A stretch of 64,000 bases of DNA. Origin: Phycisphaeraceae bacterium (GTDB lineage: Bacteria; Planctomycetota; Phycisphaerae; Phycisphaerales; Zrk34). The stretch covers positions 1-64,000 of the forward strand of contig JBBDRF010000082.1 of assembly GCA_040905565.1 (NCBI GenBank). Reading direction: 5' to 3'. The notes under the pieces were generated by a model. The model saw nothing but the letters and a program-made list of their open reading frames with translations, did not search any database and was not told the origin of the DNA. A program made the translations under genes and the position numbers. Below, piece after piece: positions 61,325 to 64,000 of the stretch. Positions within the stretch are counted from its first letter, which is position 1. Each line of letters begins with the position of its first letter.

Positions 61325-62838
61325 CGCCCCTCCGCGTCGTCGCTGCCGGGTTTGCTGTCGAGCGCCCGCTGCTCGCCGCGCTGTTCGTGCGTCGTGCCCG
61401 CAGCACCGTAGCCTTCGTGGCCATGCGCCTGAGGCATGACGGCTTTCACCTCGGCGATGTTCACGATCGGCAGGAACCGCACGAACAACAGGAACAGCGT
61501 GAAGAACAGCCCGAAGCTGCCGGCGAACATGCCGATGTCCACCCACGTGGGCCAGTAGCTGCCCCACGCTGAGGGCATGAAGTCACGCGTCAGCGAGGTG
61601 ATGATAATGACGAACCGTTCGAACCACATGCCCACCGTCACCACTGCGGAGACGAAGAAAAGCCAGACCATGTTGTTGCGGAGCGATTTGATCCACAGCG
61701 TCTGCGGGATGAACAGGTTGCACGTGATCATCATCCAGAACGACCAGGCGTAAGGCCCGAACGCACGGTTGTAGAATGTGAACTGTTCGAAGGTGTTCTG
61801 CGAATACCAGGCGACGAAGAACTCGGTCATATACGCCAGGCCGACGATCAGCCCCGTCGCGAGCATGATCTTCGCCATGTTTTCCATGTGGCGATTGGTG
61901 ATCACGTCGTGCAACCCGAACCAGACGCGGCAGGGAATGACGAGCAGGATCACCATCGCGAAGCCGCCGAACACGGCACCGGCCACGAAGTAAGGCGGGA
62001 AGACGGTCGTGTGCCAACCGGGCAACTGCGAAACGGCGAAGTCGAAACTCACCACGCTATGCACGCTGAGCACCAGCGGTGTGGCGAGGGCGGCCAGCAG
62101 CAGATAAGCGCGTTCGTAACGGTGCCAGTGACGGTTGGAGCCGCGCCAGCCGAGTGCGAAGATGCCGTAGGCGAAGGTGGCGATTTTGCGGCCGCTTTGC
62201 CGGGCACGGTCACGCAGCGTCGCGAGGTCGGGGATCATGCCCATGTACCAGAACAGCAGCGAGACGGTGAAGTACGTGCCGACGGCGAAAACGTCCCAAA
62301 GCAGCGGTGAGCGGAACTGCGGCCACATGCCCATCTGGTTGGGATACGGGAACATCCAGTAAGGGAGCCACGGCCGACCGATATGGATGCCCGGCCAGAT
62401 CAACGCACAGATCACGGCGAAGATGGTCATCGCCTCGGCGAACCGGTTGATACTCGTGCGCCAGTTCTGCCGGAACAGGAACAGAATCGCGGAGATGAGC
62501 GTGCCTGCGTGGCCGATGCCGACCCAGAACACGAAGTTGACGATGGGGAAGCCCCACGCGACGGGGACGTTGTTGCCCCACACCCCGACGCCCGTGAAGA
62601 ACAGGTACAGGATCAACGCATGCAGCAGGCCCGCCAGCGACACCGCAGCGGCGAAGGCCACCCACCACGTCAGCGGCGGGCTGTTCTCGTTGATCTGGCA
62701 CACACGTTGCGTCACCGACGCGAAGTCGTGATCGCCGAGCACCAGTGGTGGACGCTCGATCGTGATGTCCACCGTATTGTCCGGCGTTCTCGCGGCCTCG
62801 TCGGCAGCAGCCGAGTCTGTAAGTCTAATCGTCGCCAT
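61321..62838 (-). CDS. actC: ActC (NrfD-type quinol-binding membrane subunit)
   Basis: [53 protein letters not shown]. Confidence 0.96.
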   Translation of the reverse strand: MATIRLTDSAAADEAARTPDNTVDITIERPPLVLGDHDFASVTQRVCQINENSPPLTWWVAFAAAVSLAGLLHALILYLFFTGVGVWGNNVPVAWGFPIVNFVFWVGIGHAGTLISAILFLFRQNWRTSINRFAEAMTIFAVICALIWPGIHIGRPWLPYWMFPYPNQMGMWPQFRSPLLWDVFAVGTYFTVSLLFWYMGMIPDLATLRDRARQSGRKIATFAYGIFALGWRGSNRHWHRYERAYLLLAALATPLVLSVHSVVSFDFAVSQLPGWHTTVFPPYFVAGAVFGGFAMVILLVIPCRVWFGLHDVITNRHMENMAKIMLATGLIVGLAYMTEFFVAWYSQNTFEQFTFYNRAFGPYAWSFWMMITCNLFIPQTLWIKSLRNNMVWLFFVSAVVTVGMWFERFVIIITSLTRDFMPSAWGSYWPTWVDIGMFAGSFGLFFTLFLLFVRFLPIVNIAEVKAVMPQAHGHEGYGAAGTTHEQRGEQRALDSKPGSDDAEGR

Positions 62839-62911
62839 AGCTTCAGGGCTCTTTTACCTGGTTTATGCCTCGTGTCTCTGAGCCGCCCTTCGGAGCGGTC
62901 ACGGCAGACGC

Positions 62912-64000
<1,089 letters not shown>

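Overview
High-GC bacterial chromosome segment, most consistent with a planctomycete (Phycisphaerae-like). This is inferred from PEP-CTERM proteins, prepilin-type DUF1559-like proteins and DUF1570-like proteins. Most of the window is housekeeping (clpB, murD, cobA-hemD, cyoE, rpsU, rsfS, panD, mutS, ubiA, DAHP synthase, cysS, comM/yifB, nagB). The last ~12 kb is an alternative complex III (actB-G) + SCO + caa3-type A2 oxidase operon. The most interesting locus is 130-3097: a Fur/Zur-like palindrome over the promoter of a small exported His-rich CxxC protein ending in RAPP (a CruR/CutF-type ribosome-arrest signature), followed by a hairpin-rich spacer, a pilin-like protein and a His-rich PEP-CTERM surface protein, with a paralogous pilin-like gene upstream. 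This is a candidate metal-sensing, arrest-peptide-controlled surface metal-capture system. Other notable items: a divergent FeeM-like/FeeG-like N-acyl-amino-acid pair beside a PEP-CTERM gene, a probable 6S RNA, a nested structured leader before another PEP-CTERM gene, pervasive leaderless-type promoters, shared TTGTAT/ATACAA operator-like motifs, several REP-like repeat families, and large acidic insertions in oxidase subunits. All calls come from motif recognition only; no database searches were run.
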